Origin: Tubiluchus corallicola
Taxonomy: Eukaryota > Animalia > Priapulida
Assembly (NCBI GenBank): GCA_030141605.1
Contig: JAQGDQ010001073.1
Coordinates: 1-64,000 of the forward strand
Length of the DNA: 64,000 bases
Direction: 5' to 3'
Shown: positions 52,137 through 64,000 of the stretch, piece after piece
Position numbering within the stretch: position 1 is the first letter of the stretch
Layout of the letters: each line of letters starts with the position of its first letter
The notes under the pieces: generated by a model
What the model was told of the DNA's origin: nothing
Seen by the model: only the letters and a program-made list of their open reading frames with translations
Databases searched by the model: none
Position numbers and translations under genes: made by a program

Positions 52137-53944
52137 CTACTTTTTCTCCTTTAGTTCTTTTTCGTATTTTACTTGTTGTCCTCCATTCATTTCGGGATCT
52201 GCAGGTTGGCAGTTGCATTTCTTAATTTGCATAAAGAGACGATAATTGTTCTGCCAGTCTTTTAAAGGGCACACGAGTACCCCTCCTGCAGGGACTGCTG
52301 AATAAAACGTGAAATTCGCATTGCATTGGAACACTGTGTACGACTCAGTTAGTGAACTGAGTGCATCCTTTTTTGCTTCACTGTAACTCAAATCAACAAA
52401 TGAGAACTTCATTAAGTTAGGCAATGTGTGATTCCAGAGCCTGCATTCTATTTTACATTTATTCCTGCACTCTGTATCATTTCCACCTTTCTCCACACAG
52501 TTCTTCTCACATGTTGATTGACAATAGCCGTAATCTTTAACTGGAGAATGCCGCCGTCTTCTGGTGGGTCTTTTCTTCTTTCTGGATTTGCATATTGCTA
52601 TGCAGTTGGTTTGACATACTTCCGGATCGTGAGTAGCATCACACAGACTTGCACAGTCTCCCAAGCATTCTTCAGATGGCGTAGGAGAAACTGTTGTTTC
52701 GTTGGTAAGCTCACTGTTGTGGGTCTTGTTGTTAGTATGCTTACTGTTGTTGTTCTTGTTGTTGTAAGCTCACAGTTGTGGTTCTTGTCGTTGGTAAGCT
52801 CGGTAAGGTTGACAGTTTTGCAAACACTTTTTTTCACATTTCTTTTCTTCACTAGCCTTCATATTATTAATACATGGACCAGCACAATAGTAGTAACATT
52901 TATTTTTCTCTACACAAGTCTTTTTGCAATCTGGCACACATGTATTCTAGTTACTCGTTTCTCCACATCGGTCTGTGCAGATAGAATGACATTTTTCATT
53001 TCTGTTCTTCTCACACGGTACTATTTTCGTTCACTAGAAGCTTCACAATTCTGTTTACATTCAGCGTGCTCGTGTCTTCCTTTCACGGTGTCACAATTGG
53101 GTTTGTATTCAAGGATCAGCCTTTTTACACAAACACAATGATGATTCGTACAATCTTCCTTACACTTTGCATTTGTATCCTTACAGTCATTCTTACACGT
53201 TTCATTATTCTTACATTTGTTTATACAGTTTTGCTCTCTTCTCCTACACCTGTCTTCACAGAAGCATCGACACCTAATAGCTTTTGGATGCTTGTATCCG
53301 GGACAAAACCTTTCACTGCAGTGCCTCTGACAATTCCGCTGGCGCGCCTCGATCTCCTAGTACAATTATATCTACACTCCGATGCACACTCTCGATAAAT
53401 TTCACATTTTTTTTTATCAGTTCCGGGGGTTGGTGTCGTTTTCTTCTCTTTATTTTTTTTGCCCTCACATTTTGCAATTCGGGATTTGAGTTTTTCTGAT
53501 GAACAGGACTAATATTTTCAAATACTTTCAAGCTAACTGATGCAATGTTACATCTCACTCGTGTCTCGTTATTGTAGAGAACCGCTGCAAGGCAGGTGCT
53601 TTTTCCAGTTGGCTTTTCTCTAGGTTCCATTATTTTTATACCACATTCCTTTATTTCGTTCCATGTTACATATCTTACAGACTCTAAGTTGACTTCAGAC
53701 TGTTCCATTAAGTAATGTTTATTGCAGTCTTGCTTGCAGATTGTTTCTGAGCCAATAGAACACATTTCATCCAAATCATCATCTGAGAATATTCCTGTGT
53801 TAATTTTAAACTCTCTATGAAAACCGTCAACTGGACGAGCAAAATCGCAAACATCATTTCAAATGCCCAAGTTTCAATGGAAAACTGGAGAAAGTTTAGC
53901 AATATTATTGCATTAATGCATCTAAAGGTTAATAAAAATCTCAT
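52137..53944 (-). pseudogene. Secreted Cys-rich (CX3C) / Thr-rich protein, frameshifted copy
   Basis: Signal-like MRFLLTFRCINAIILLNFLQFSIETWA, followed by Cys-rich frames broken by several indels. The C-terminus closely matches the 56029 copy. Confidence 0.7.
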
Positions 53945-56028
53945 TGTTGTAACAGATGATTAAGAAGTTTCTCTAAATTAACTATAATATTCTCATTTAT
54001 AAGCACTTTAGACTTTGGAATTACAAATTTAGTTTACTGTTTTCACTAAACAGTAGATTCAGAAATGTGGATTGTTTTCTTAATGGAATAAACAATGCTA
54101 AACACGATTGTTCTGTCTTCATTGTTTTCAAGAAGTTCCCAGGTTTGCTTGCAATGAATAATCATACAGGTGGCCAATTTTGATCGAAATGCATTGGACA
54201 ATGACGTGTTTGCTATGAATGCTCTGATTATTTTTTCAAATTTCACTCAATGTTATCTAAAGTTGTTTCAAATGACTTATTGTTCTAACGTTTAGGTTTT
54301 TACAGTGTTACTGCCGACGCAATCCCAGTATCCAAAAAGGCAGTGTCCGAGCGGTGTAGATTTTCAAGACGAATTTTTAAAGTTTTGCTTAAGTGGCAGG
54401 ATTTCTTGAATTTTAACTTAAAAGCTGCTGGTTGTCATTACGTTACTTACTGTAACGAATAAACACCATTAAAGTAGTAGCTGGCAAAAACTATGTATGA
54501 AGTGCGTGAATTAATGATTGGCAGTGGATGCGTCTAAGCGCATTTGTAATTTCACGTAATTTTGAACATGTGCAAAATCTCTTTTACAGCTAACTATATA
54601 AATAAATAATATAGTAAGTATAATGAACATAATAAATAAATAATAATTAAAAACAATATTATCTTGACATGCTATATGTCTTGAATACTATTTTTTGTAA
54701 ATAGTAAAACTAAACAAAATTGAATAATTAAGCAAAATTATAGAGAATGTACTAACAAAAAAACCAGTTTGTTATATATCATGTAGAATAAAGTAGTTTA
54801 CAAAATGAGAAATTTAAACCAAAGTTACAGAAAAAGCTGGATAAAATTAATTGAGAAGTTACTTGAAAAAAAAACAGATTACTGTATGAAAGTGCAAAGG
54901 CTGGATACAGATGTATAAAAATAACCTACCGGCATAAATTCACACATGCATGCACGCGAGCGCACACACACACACGTGCGTACTTATTAAACGCATGATG
55001 TCACGAAAAATGGGCTTTACATCATATGACGTCATGAAACTAACAATGCAGTTCATGATCATGGTCATCACGGTACTGCCTTCTGTTTGTCTTCCAAACG
55101 AATTTGACAAAAAGGCGCCGCTGCCAATCTTAGTAGATTCACTGAGCCGCGCGTAGCTTTGAAAGTTTAACAAAATTTGAGTATCCGAGGTAATTATTAT
55201 TTAATCTAAGCTTTGATTTAAAATAAGCTACTGTAGTTTTCAACTTTTTAGAACATTCTTTATTCTCGTGTTCACACAATCATCCTGTTTTCCTTTAAAA
55301 ACTCTGTACAACCTAGTAAAAAAGGATCATGTTTTTAGTTAAATTCGTGTGGCTTAGCTGATCGATAATTTGGGAGAAGCAGTAGCATTTCTCTAAATTA
55401 TATTACAATGAAAACCAGTTACTGTAGTGTTTTGTATCTTACATAATCTTTGCATGTTTTAATGTTGGAGCTGAATGTTTAAGGACTGTCCTGTTATGAG
55501 CAACTTATGCATAGAAAGGCATTATTCTTATGCAGTACTGCAAAACAAACCAGGGCGATTTTTAGAGAAAATTCGTTTATCTTTATCTCGAAAATGTCAA
55601 AATGTCGAAATGTCGAAAAAGGAAAGGTGGACCCAGGGACGCAAAAAAAGTATGGCTTCAGCCACGAAGCAAATGATCAAAACATTTAAAGGGCAGGGCA
55701 TCAAGTTTATTTGCCTCTGTTTGCTACAACTACTTGCTCAGTCACTGAACTTAGAACAAGTACAATAAACAGAGATGTAGAGCAAAATTGACCCACACTC
55801 TAGCAGAATATTGTGCTAGTGACTTCGTACGTTTATTGTGATTCAAATTAGGTCAAAATCTATTAATTTTTGCTTTTAGAATCATAAAGCTTGTAACAGG
55901 TCTGTGCCACATTAACAAGTAAATGTCAACAAAAACTTGGATTACAACAAACATCAATTAAAATTAATTTACAGGTGGATTACGTTCCATTGTAAATGCT
56001 CCCATGAGAAGAGCTTTAAAATGTTCCC

Positions 56029-57719
56029 CTACTTTTTCTCCTTTAGTTCTTTTTCGTATTTTACTTGCTGTCCTCCATTCGTTTTGGGATCTGCAGGTTG
56101 GCAGTTGCATTTCTTAACTTGCATGAAGAGTCGATAATTGTTCTGCCAGTCTTTTAAAGGGCACACGAGTACCCCTCCTGCAGGGACTGCTGAATAAAAT
56201 GTGAAATTTGCATTGTAGTGGAACACAGTGTACGACTCAGTTTGTGAACTGAGTGCATCATTTTCTGCTTTACTGTAACTCAAATCAACAAATGAGAACT
56301 TCATTAAGTTAGGCAATGTGTGATTCCAGAGCCTGCATTCTATTTTACATTTATTCTTGCACTCTGTGTCAATTCCTCCTTTCTCCACACAGTTCTTCTC
56401 ACATGTTGATTGACAATAGTCGTAATCTTTAACTGGAGAATGCCGCCGTCTTCTGGTGGGTCTTTCCTTCTTTCTGGATTCGCATATTGCTATGCAGTTG
56501 GTTTGACATGCTTCCGGATCGTGAGTAGCATCACACAGACTTGCACACTCTCCCAAGCAATCTTCAAATGACGTAGGAGAAACTGTTGTTGATGTTCTTG
56601 TTGTTGGTAAGCTCACTGTTGTTGCTCTTGTTGTTAGTATGCTCACTGTTGTTGTTCTTGTTGTTGGTAAGCTCACTGTTGTTCGTCTCTTCTTCCTTCT
56701 GGATTCGCATATTGCTATACAGTTGGTTTGACATACATCCGGATCGTAAGTAGCATCACACAGACTTGCACACTCTCCCAAGCATTCTTCAGATGATGTA
56801 GGAGAAACTGTTGATGTTGTTGTTCTTGTCGTTGGTAAGCTCACTGTTGTGGGTCTTGTTGTTAGTATGCTCACTGTTGATGTTCTTGTTGTTGGTAAGC
56901 TCACTGTTGTTGTTCTTGTGGGCAATTGAGTTGTTCTCTTCAGCTCATAAGGTTGACAGTTTTGTGAACACTTTATTTCACATTTCTTTTCTTCACTAGC
57001 CTTCATATCATTAATACATGGACCAGCACAGTAGCAGTAACATTTATTTTTCTCTACACAAGTCTTTTTGCAATCTGGCACACATGTATTCTGGTTATTC
57101 GTTTCTGCACATCGGTCTGCGCAGATAGAATGACATTTTTCATTTCTGTTCTTCTCACACGGTACTATTTTCGTGCATCTACGTTCACTAGAAGCTTCAC
57201 AATCCTGTTTACATTCACGGTGCTCGCGTCTTCCTTTCACTTTCTCACAAATGGGTCTGTATTCAAGGATCAGCCTTTTTACACAAACACAATGATGATT
57301 TGTACAATCTTCCTTACACTTTTTACTTGTATCCTTACAGTCATTCTTACATGTTTCATTATTCTTACATTTGTTTATACAGTTTTGCTCTCTTCTCCTA
57401 CACCTGTCCTCACATTTGCATCGACAAATGATAGCTTTTGGATGCTTGTATCCGGGACAAAACTTTTCACTGCAGTGCCTCTGACAATTCCTAACCCGCT
57501 TATGCCAGCCACGCTTCGATCTCCTAGTACAATTATATCTACACTCCGATTCACACTTTCGATAAATTTCACATTTTTTTATCAGTTCCGGCGGTTGGCG
57601 TCGTTTTATTCAGAAATGTTTGAATAGAATAGAACAAATCCCCAAGTTTCAAGTGAAAACAGGAGAAAGTTTAGCGATATTATTGCATTAATGCATCTAC
57701 AGGTTAATAAAAACCACAT
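56029..57719 (-). pseudogene. Secreted Cys-rich (CX3C) / Thr-rich protein; long open frame (57609 to 56029) disconnected from its signal peptide
   Basis: A ~527-codon stop-free frame: CEIYRKCESECRYNC...CLGECASLCDATYDPDVCQTNCIAIC, TTVSLPTTRT repeats and polybasic sites. The ATG at 57719 starts a signal-like peptide that stops after 37 aa in another frame. Confidence 0.65.
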
Positions 57720-58240
57720 TGTTGTAACAGACGATTCAGAAGTTTTTCTAAATTAGCTATTTTATTCTCATTTATAAGCACTTTAGACTTTGGAATTACA
57801 ATTTTAGTTTACTCAATCTTTTTAGATTTTTGTTCTCACTAAACAGTAGAATCAGAAAATGATTGTTTTCTTAATGGAATAAACTTGAAAACAATGCTAA
57901 ATATGTTTGTTCTTTCTTCATTGTTTTCAAGAAGTTCCTAGGTTTGCTACAATGAATAATCATACACGTGGCCAATTTTGACTGAAATGCTTTGGACAAT
58001 GAATTTCGAATCATCAAGAAATTGACGATACCCAACAATGTAAATAGTTTTAACTTTCTGAGATTACATATCTAGATGGCTAAAAATACTTGCTTACAAA
58101 AACAACAATAAATGTGGAAATAAACAAAATGATGGAAAAATTAACAGAAAATCTTGTTAGTTGAAAAGTGGGGATTAATATCTATAAGAGATCAGTGTTT
58201 GAAATAACAGAACATCTATGAAAATCATAAAGCACATTTA

Positions 58241-60532
58241 TTACAGCGATAGTTTCAACACGTGAAGTTCAAAATTTTGCAACATGTAATTAAAAGTTAA
58301 ATATTTAGCCAAAAGGAGCAGATGCCACGCTACCAATTGAACAGAATTTCCAGATTTGGCCGGAATTGTGTGCGAAACGTTCATCATTGAACAATTAAAA
58401 TCCGTTAGCTTTAAATCTTCATGATTTACTCTTGGTACCCAGCAATCTACAAAAGAGTATTTCCATTTAACCTCCATCGTGCTTACAACATCACAGTCAC
58501 AAATGAGTCTGCTTCCTAACAGTTGGAAAGACACATTCTCGGGTTTAACTTTTCTGTATAAGGTAGGCTTAGACATGTGTTGTATTTTTGAACCTACAAA
58601 CGAGATTTGAGTGATGTTACGATTATATCTGAGATCCAGATTTGCCACCGACAGCTGAGTGCACGACAAGAAAGAAATTGACTTCAAAATGCCTACATAA
58701 TAAAATGCTTTTGGATCAATTGACACAAGAAAAGGATTATCATCCACCACAAAATGTTCTATAAAACCATATCGTAAGTCATTTTGCACTAGAGTTGCTA
58801 TAGCTGATTGTCGTAGCACCAGTTTTGTGACTTGTCTTTCTTCCAGTAGCCACCTAGGAAGCCGACTGTCTTCGTAATTGAAGATAACTAAGCCATAGAT
58901 GGATGGTTTAATCTCTGCTGATATCTGCCGCATCGCAACATGGTCAATTCTTCCAAACTGGCCGCAGTGAAGTTCACAAGGATCTTCAGAGAATACGGTG
59001 CAACTGCTCACACTGATACTGCATGTGTCTCTTGGAGGTCTTGCAGTTGCTCTAGGTGGCTGATCACATTCAATCATATCAATATTCATCTATATTTTAG
59101 GTTCATAACAGTCAACTTCTCTGGAAGCCCAGTTAACTCGAAACATCCAGCGCATGTAACAGTCACAAATCAGCCTGCTTCCCAAGAGAGCAAAATGTAC
59201 GTTTCCAGGATTGACATCTGGGTGCAGGGTGCAGGAATTGACATCCGCTCGATTTTTGATCCCTGAGTAAAGATGATGGAACTGAGCAAAGGACTATTCC
59301 ACAAATCCAGATTAGCCGTTTCCAATGCTTCACAAGCAACAAAGGTCACTGATGTCAAACGCTTTAGTCAAGAGAAAGCTTTGTGATGAACTTTCTTTAA
59401 GACTTTGCTGTAGTTCATGGTGAAGTATTCAAGGCTTTGTGATGAACTTTCTTTAAGACTTAACTGTAGTTCATGGTGAAGTATTCAAGGCTTGGTGGCA
59501 GATCATTCCTAGATAGATTAACAAATGCAGATTTTTCAAATATTAGAGCTGTTACGTTTTTTTGGTCAAGAAACTTGTTTGGCAGCTTTTCGTCTTTGTA
59601 AAAATAAATTTTTAATTCTGATGGGACGTCTGTAATATGATTTACAATTTTCACCAATCTCCTGGAATTCATCTTGCTATCAGAGATGTTCGAAATGTCT
59701 GCGTCACCACAAACCAGTTTACAGGGAAATAGTGAAAGGGCAACACAAGTAGGTGGGCAAATATCTGCAATAGTTAATTCAGTCGTACTAATTAACCCAT
59801 TTTCCTTTAGTTTTGCATTTGTGAGACGTTCACACTGCACTTCCGATTTTTCCCAAAATTCAGCTATCCACGTCATCCGGCAGTCACAGATTAAAGGATT
59901 TTTCAAGAAGAAAAGGCCTAAGTCGTGGGAGACACTTAAATGAAACTTTGGCCTGTCCAATGTGGTGATATTCGTGTTTTCTATCTGTACACGCTCCAGT
60001 TTCTCCAGCTGGTCAAGCGACAATTTCAGCTCGTTCAATGTCGGACAATTTCTAATCAGAATTTCGTGCAAATTTAATAAATTATTAATGCATCCTGGTT
60101 GATACGCGTCAACTTTTCAAAATTGATGATGCTTACATCTTTGACAAGTGATGCACGGAGGAAGTATTTTCTAATTTCTTGGAGTTTTTTAAACTTTCTC
60201 AGAACAACACTGAAAAGCTCGAAGCCTTCCAAAAACTTCTCAGGAGGTTCAGCATATTTCAGATTTTTCAGAACAAAGATGTCTGTTATTGCAGCATTAT
60301 TCTTTTTAATCTTTCTCCTCAGCTTCTGCCACAACGTTTCGTTGTAATTTTCATGTGCAAACGAGCACTCGACTCGATATTGGTTACCTTCAGGTCTTTC
60401 GAGGGCGCATCTCTTACAGCCATGAAAAAACTCCGTCCAAATCGGACCGATTTGTGGTTTTGCATTTCCAATGTTAAGAATAAGAATCACAACAAAAAGA
60501 AAAGATTCGATTATGAATCGCTGGTAGTTCAT
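58241..60532 (-). pseudogene. Intronless three-module leucine-rich-repeat cell-surface protein gene, disrupted
   Basis: Signal peptide, divergent LRRs, three LRR-CT caps (NPLICDC, SRLICDC x2) and a hydrophobic GPI-like tail. Lesions: frameshift ~60088, ~55-bp tandem duplication 59380-59492, in-frame TGA ~59368, frameshift ~59230, TAG 59090. Confidence 0.75.
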
Positions 60533-60827
60533 TGCATGTAATTCAGAAAACGTGAATATCTTAACGTAGCATGAAATAAACTAGCAACGGCATAATGGTT
60601 GCACTAATGTATGATGTCACAGTAACATACGTAATCACATTGTATACTCACTTAACCTCCCATTCCTGATAATGTTTGATTATTATTAGACGCTCTACTT
60701 GCGAACAGTTTGAGCTAATCTGACAGATTAAATTTTCCTTAATGTCTGAATGTGAATCTGTAACGTCTGGTACATGAATGGCAGAACATGTAGTCAAAAC
60801 CAAAGCATTCTTGAAAATAGTTAAAGA

Positions 60828-61000
<173 letters not shown>

Positions 61001-61892
61001 TAATGAATGGGAAAATTACAAACCTTTCAGCAATGAATATAATAGCCTTTTCACGGTTTCATTGTGCTGCTGCTGTATTTGCTGTAGGTCAAAGGTCAAA
61101 GCATTCTTGAAAATAGTTAAAGACATAGAGGATTAACTAAACGAGTGTAAAACCAATGACGTAATTAGATCAGATTTGAACTATGCAAAGAACTACACTG
61201 ACAAATACATAAAGACAACATGGAACAGAAAAATTCAACATGTCAGGCCGTTACTGATAACGGTGGCAGTGCTGAGGGAGCAGACGGAACCCCTCCCACT
61301 GTTTTTACATGCCAGGGAGCAGACGGAACCCCTCCCTCTGTTTTTACATGCCATCAAACTACCATTTGGGAAGAGTGAACGCAACATTGAAAGAAAAGCG
61401 ATTAAGCTATTGCTCAACAGGTGTGCCAGACGTTTTTACACACCTGGGACTACCCCACACGAAGCAATGTCAATGTGGAGCAGGCAGACATACGGTTGCT
61501 CAGAACAGTATCTTTGTTTTATTCTTGTTGGTAAGAGTAGTCGAGATGCATTGAGTTTGCACCTACATGCATTGAGTCTATATTTAACAATCGATAATAA
61601 TGACAGTTACGGAATAAACGTTTGAAAGAAAAAATAATAAAACGCGAATTGAAACAGACGGGAAATGTCTATTTTTACTTTGACTGTTTGCATTTCAATT
61701 CAGTACAGTGACTCATCTAACTTGCACATACAGTAGAATAATATACCTAGCAATAATAGTTTCTTCTAACAAGAGAAATTTACTCAAGTCATGAAAATCA
61801 TTTCAACAATTGCACACTACAAGTGCGATAATTACAACAATACTGCTGCTTTATTTAGTGACTAAATTATCAAAATACACATTTAGCATTAA

Positions 61893-62485
61893 CACTTATA
61901 GGGTCACGTTTTTTTACAACCGATTTTGGTAACCGGGGGTAACAAATTACCCCCACCATAATTCGTAAATTACTTTTGATAAACCGCCGTGTTTCATTAG
62001 TAAACAGCAACAGCATAATTTGTGGTTATGCTGACCACCATAGGATACATTATACCTCTGCTTAAGGACATGTGACTTAGTAGTAATACGTAATTTAAAT
62101 TCACTTAAACTGTAGACAACCGACATTGCAGCGCGTGTGCAAAAATCATTGTTATTTTGAATTTATTGTCTACTACTTTCTTCTTTTAGGTGGAGTAATT
62201 TGAGTAACTGACAGTTTGTTTTATCAGATACATCGCCCGTATAATGTATAAACAAGCGAAGCAAAGTCTCCACAATTTAAAAAAAAATCGACATATTGCA
62301 TTTTCACTTTTATTTCGTAGTGAGACAATGCGCCTAAGATAAATAACTGAAAGTATTTTGTGCACAAAACATATTTAGAAAAAGTCATAGAAAAGGTTTA
62401 TTGGAATGCGTATGGTAAAAGGGTAAAATGCAAAAAAACCGGTCTGGGGGTAATTTTTTACCCCCCCCCCGTGACCCTATAATGG
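61893..62485. mobile_element. Non-autonomous piggyBac-like element with TTAA TSD
   Basis: TTAA|CACTTATAGGGTCACG ... CGTGACCCTATAATGG|TTAA, with subterminal GGGGTAA..TTACCCC palindromes at both ends. Confidence 0.8.
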
Positions 62486-63555
62486 TTAAGTGACCTTATT
62501 AGGCTATGCTAACAGTACAGAACTTGCTCTGTTCTTGTTTTTGCACTACGTTACGTTCTACGTTCTACGTTACGCTAGGCTTCCGCTATCAAACTGCTGA
62601 GTGACTAGATATGTGTAATGCATCTTAATAAACATAATTATTACATCTATTACATAATAGTTACAATGTTGCATTTGTTTTAGAAAATGCTTCGTTTAAA
62701 TATAGATAAAAGCTGGGCTTACAACATGCAAAACACTTCAAACACAACAATATTTTCATACTTTTGTGCAAATTGTGAACGAAGCAATTTCAAACACTGA
62801 TTATAGACGGCTAATCAATTAACTTAATTAAGTAATTAGTGATTATCGTCGTTGTTTTAGGTTTTCACTCAACTCACGGCATATGCCGAAGTCAAACCCG
62901 GACTGAGAAAGAGCTAACTCGGCCCGCGATTCGAGCTCCAAAAGAGCTACAACTTCGCTTCTCAGACGGCTCGATGAATGAAGTTCAGAAAGACTTGCGT
63001 TCAAATCACAGAAAGGAAAAATTATCATTTTCCGCAAATTGCAGAAACTTGCAAATGCAGTAAATATATGTGACTAAAATTCATCCCATTCTAGACAAGA
63101 TATGACAACACAAAGTCAGTACCAGTACCAATGACATTACCAGTTCTAATGTTGACTGACCATCCAGTGACCACGCATGACCACAGTAACCAGTGACCAC
63201 TCCATGATCACAAAGTCAGTACTAATAAATGCGGGATTTCACTGAACAGGTTCTATCATGAATAACAACAAAACACAACACAGAGTCAGTGTTTAATAAT
63301 CAAAAAATAACGAAGAGAGTATTATGGCCCGTTTACACATAAGGCGGGAAACCGCGCGTCCAAATAATCGACCGCGCGGTTTTCCTGTTAGCAACCAATT
63401 AGAAATGGGTTTGTTAATTATCAGCAAATGCTCTGCTTTAGCAGAAACAAAGAGATCTCTACATAGTTATGTTACATAACTGTTGTTAAAAGCGGAACAA
63501 TAATATTAGAAGTTAATTAATACAATAATTAATAATATTCTGTCAGTCTTTTTAC

Positions 63556-63745
63556 TCTCTCTCTCTCTCTCTCTCTGTCTTTCTCACTCACTCTCTCCCT
63601 CCCTTTCTCTTTCTCTCTCTCCCATCGTATTTCTCTATCTTTCGATCTTCCTCTCTCTTTCTCACTCTCTCTCCCTCTCTTTGTTTTTCTTTCTCTTTTT
63701 CTCTCCCTCTCTCTCTCTCTCTCTCGTTCTCTCTCTCTTTCTCTC

Positions 63746-63781
<36 letters not shown>

Positions 63782-63802
63782 TACACACACACACAAACAC
63801 AC

Positions 63803-63876
<74 letters not shown>

Positions 63877-63886
63877 TCACGCACAC

Positions 63887-63930
<44 letters not shown>
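63556..63930 (+). repeat. (CT)n + (CA)n compound microsatellite
   Basis: Read directly. Confidence 0.95.
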
Positions 63931-63931
<1 letters not shown>

Positions 63932-64000
63932 CGAACGACACCATTTCTAAAAATGGCGTAGAAAAATTATATTAAAAACCGCTCCGTGTATAAATGGTCA

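Larger units (their letters stand above)
51020..58000. repeat. Tandem segmental duplication, period ~3.9 kb, each unit carrying a Cys-rich gene
   Basis: 51020-54900 is collinear with 54900-58000 (e.g. paired ORFs 51603/55475 and 52137/56029). Confidence 0.9.

Noticed and set aside
59090-59370. Stop-codon readthrough or reassignment in the LRR gene
   Set aside because: Frameshifts co-occur with the stops, and neighbouring genes use TAG as a normal stop, so pseudogenisation is simpler.

Overview
AT-rich, intron-rich eukaryotic (invertebrate animal-like) genomic DNA with many micro- and minisatellites. No prokaryotic features or CRISPR arrays are present. Spliced genes were reconstructed by hand from splice sites and exon phases: (1) the 3' part of a TTLL4-like tubulin polyglutamylase (+, from 2156); (2) a GC-rich Vps62/DUF946-like exon (-, 10406-11082); (3) a complete 8-exon CHST15/GalNAc4S-6ST-like Golgi sulfotransferase (-, 15248-29094); (4) a complete 10-exon SELENBP1/methanethiol oxidase (-, 36599-49888). 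The right end holds an intronless family of secreted CX3C-rich/Thr-rich proteins (three copies, all disrupted) and a disrupted three-module LRR surface-protein gene. The most notable structures are a >1 kb apparently perfect palindrome that mirrors a TTLL4 coding exon, a minimal type-I hammerhead ribozyme, GC-AG introns, a LINE inserted at a duplicated splice acceptor, and a mosaic of local segmental duplications. Many TE relics are also present (CR1/L2-like, RTE, Tc1, Tigger, piggyBac, Helitron-like, SINE). All family calls come from motif recognition only; no searches were run.
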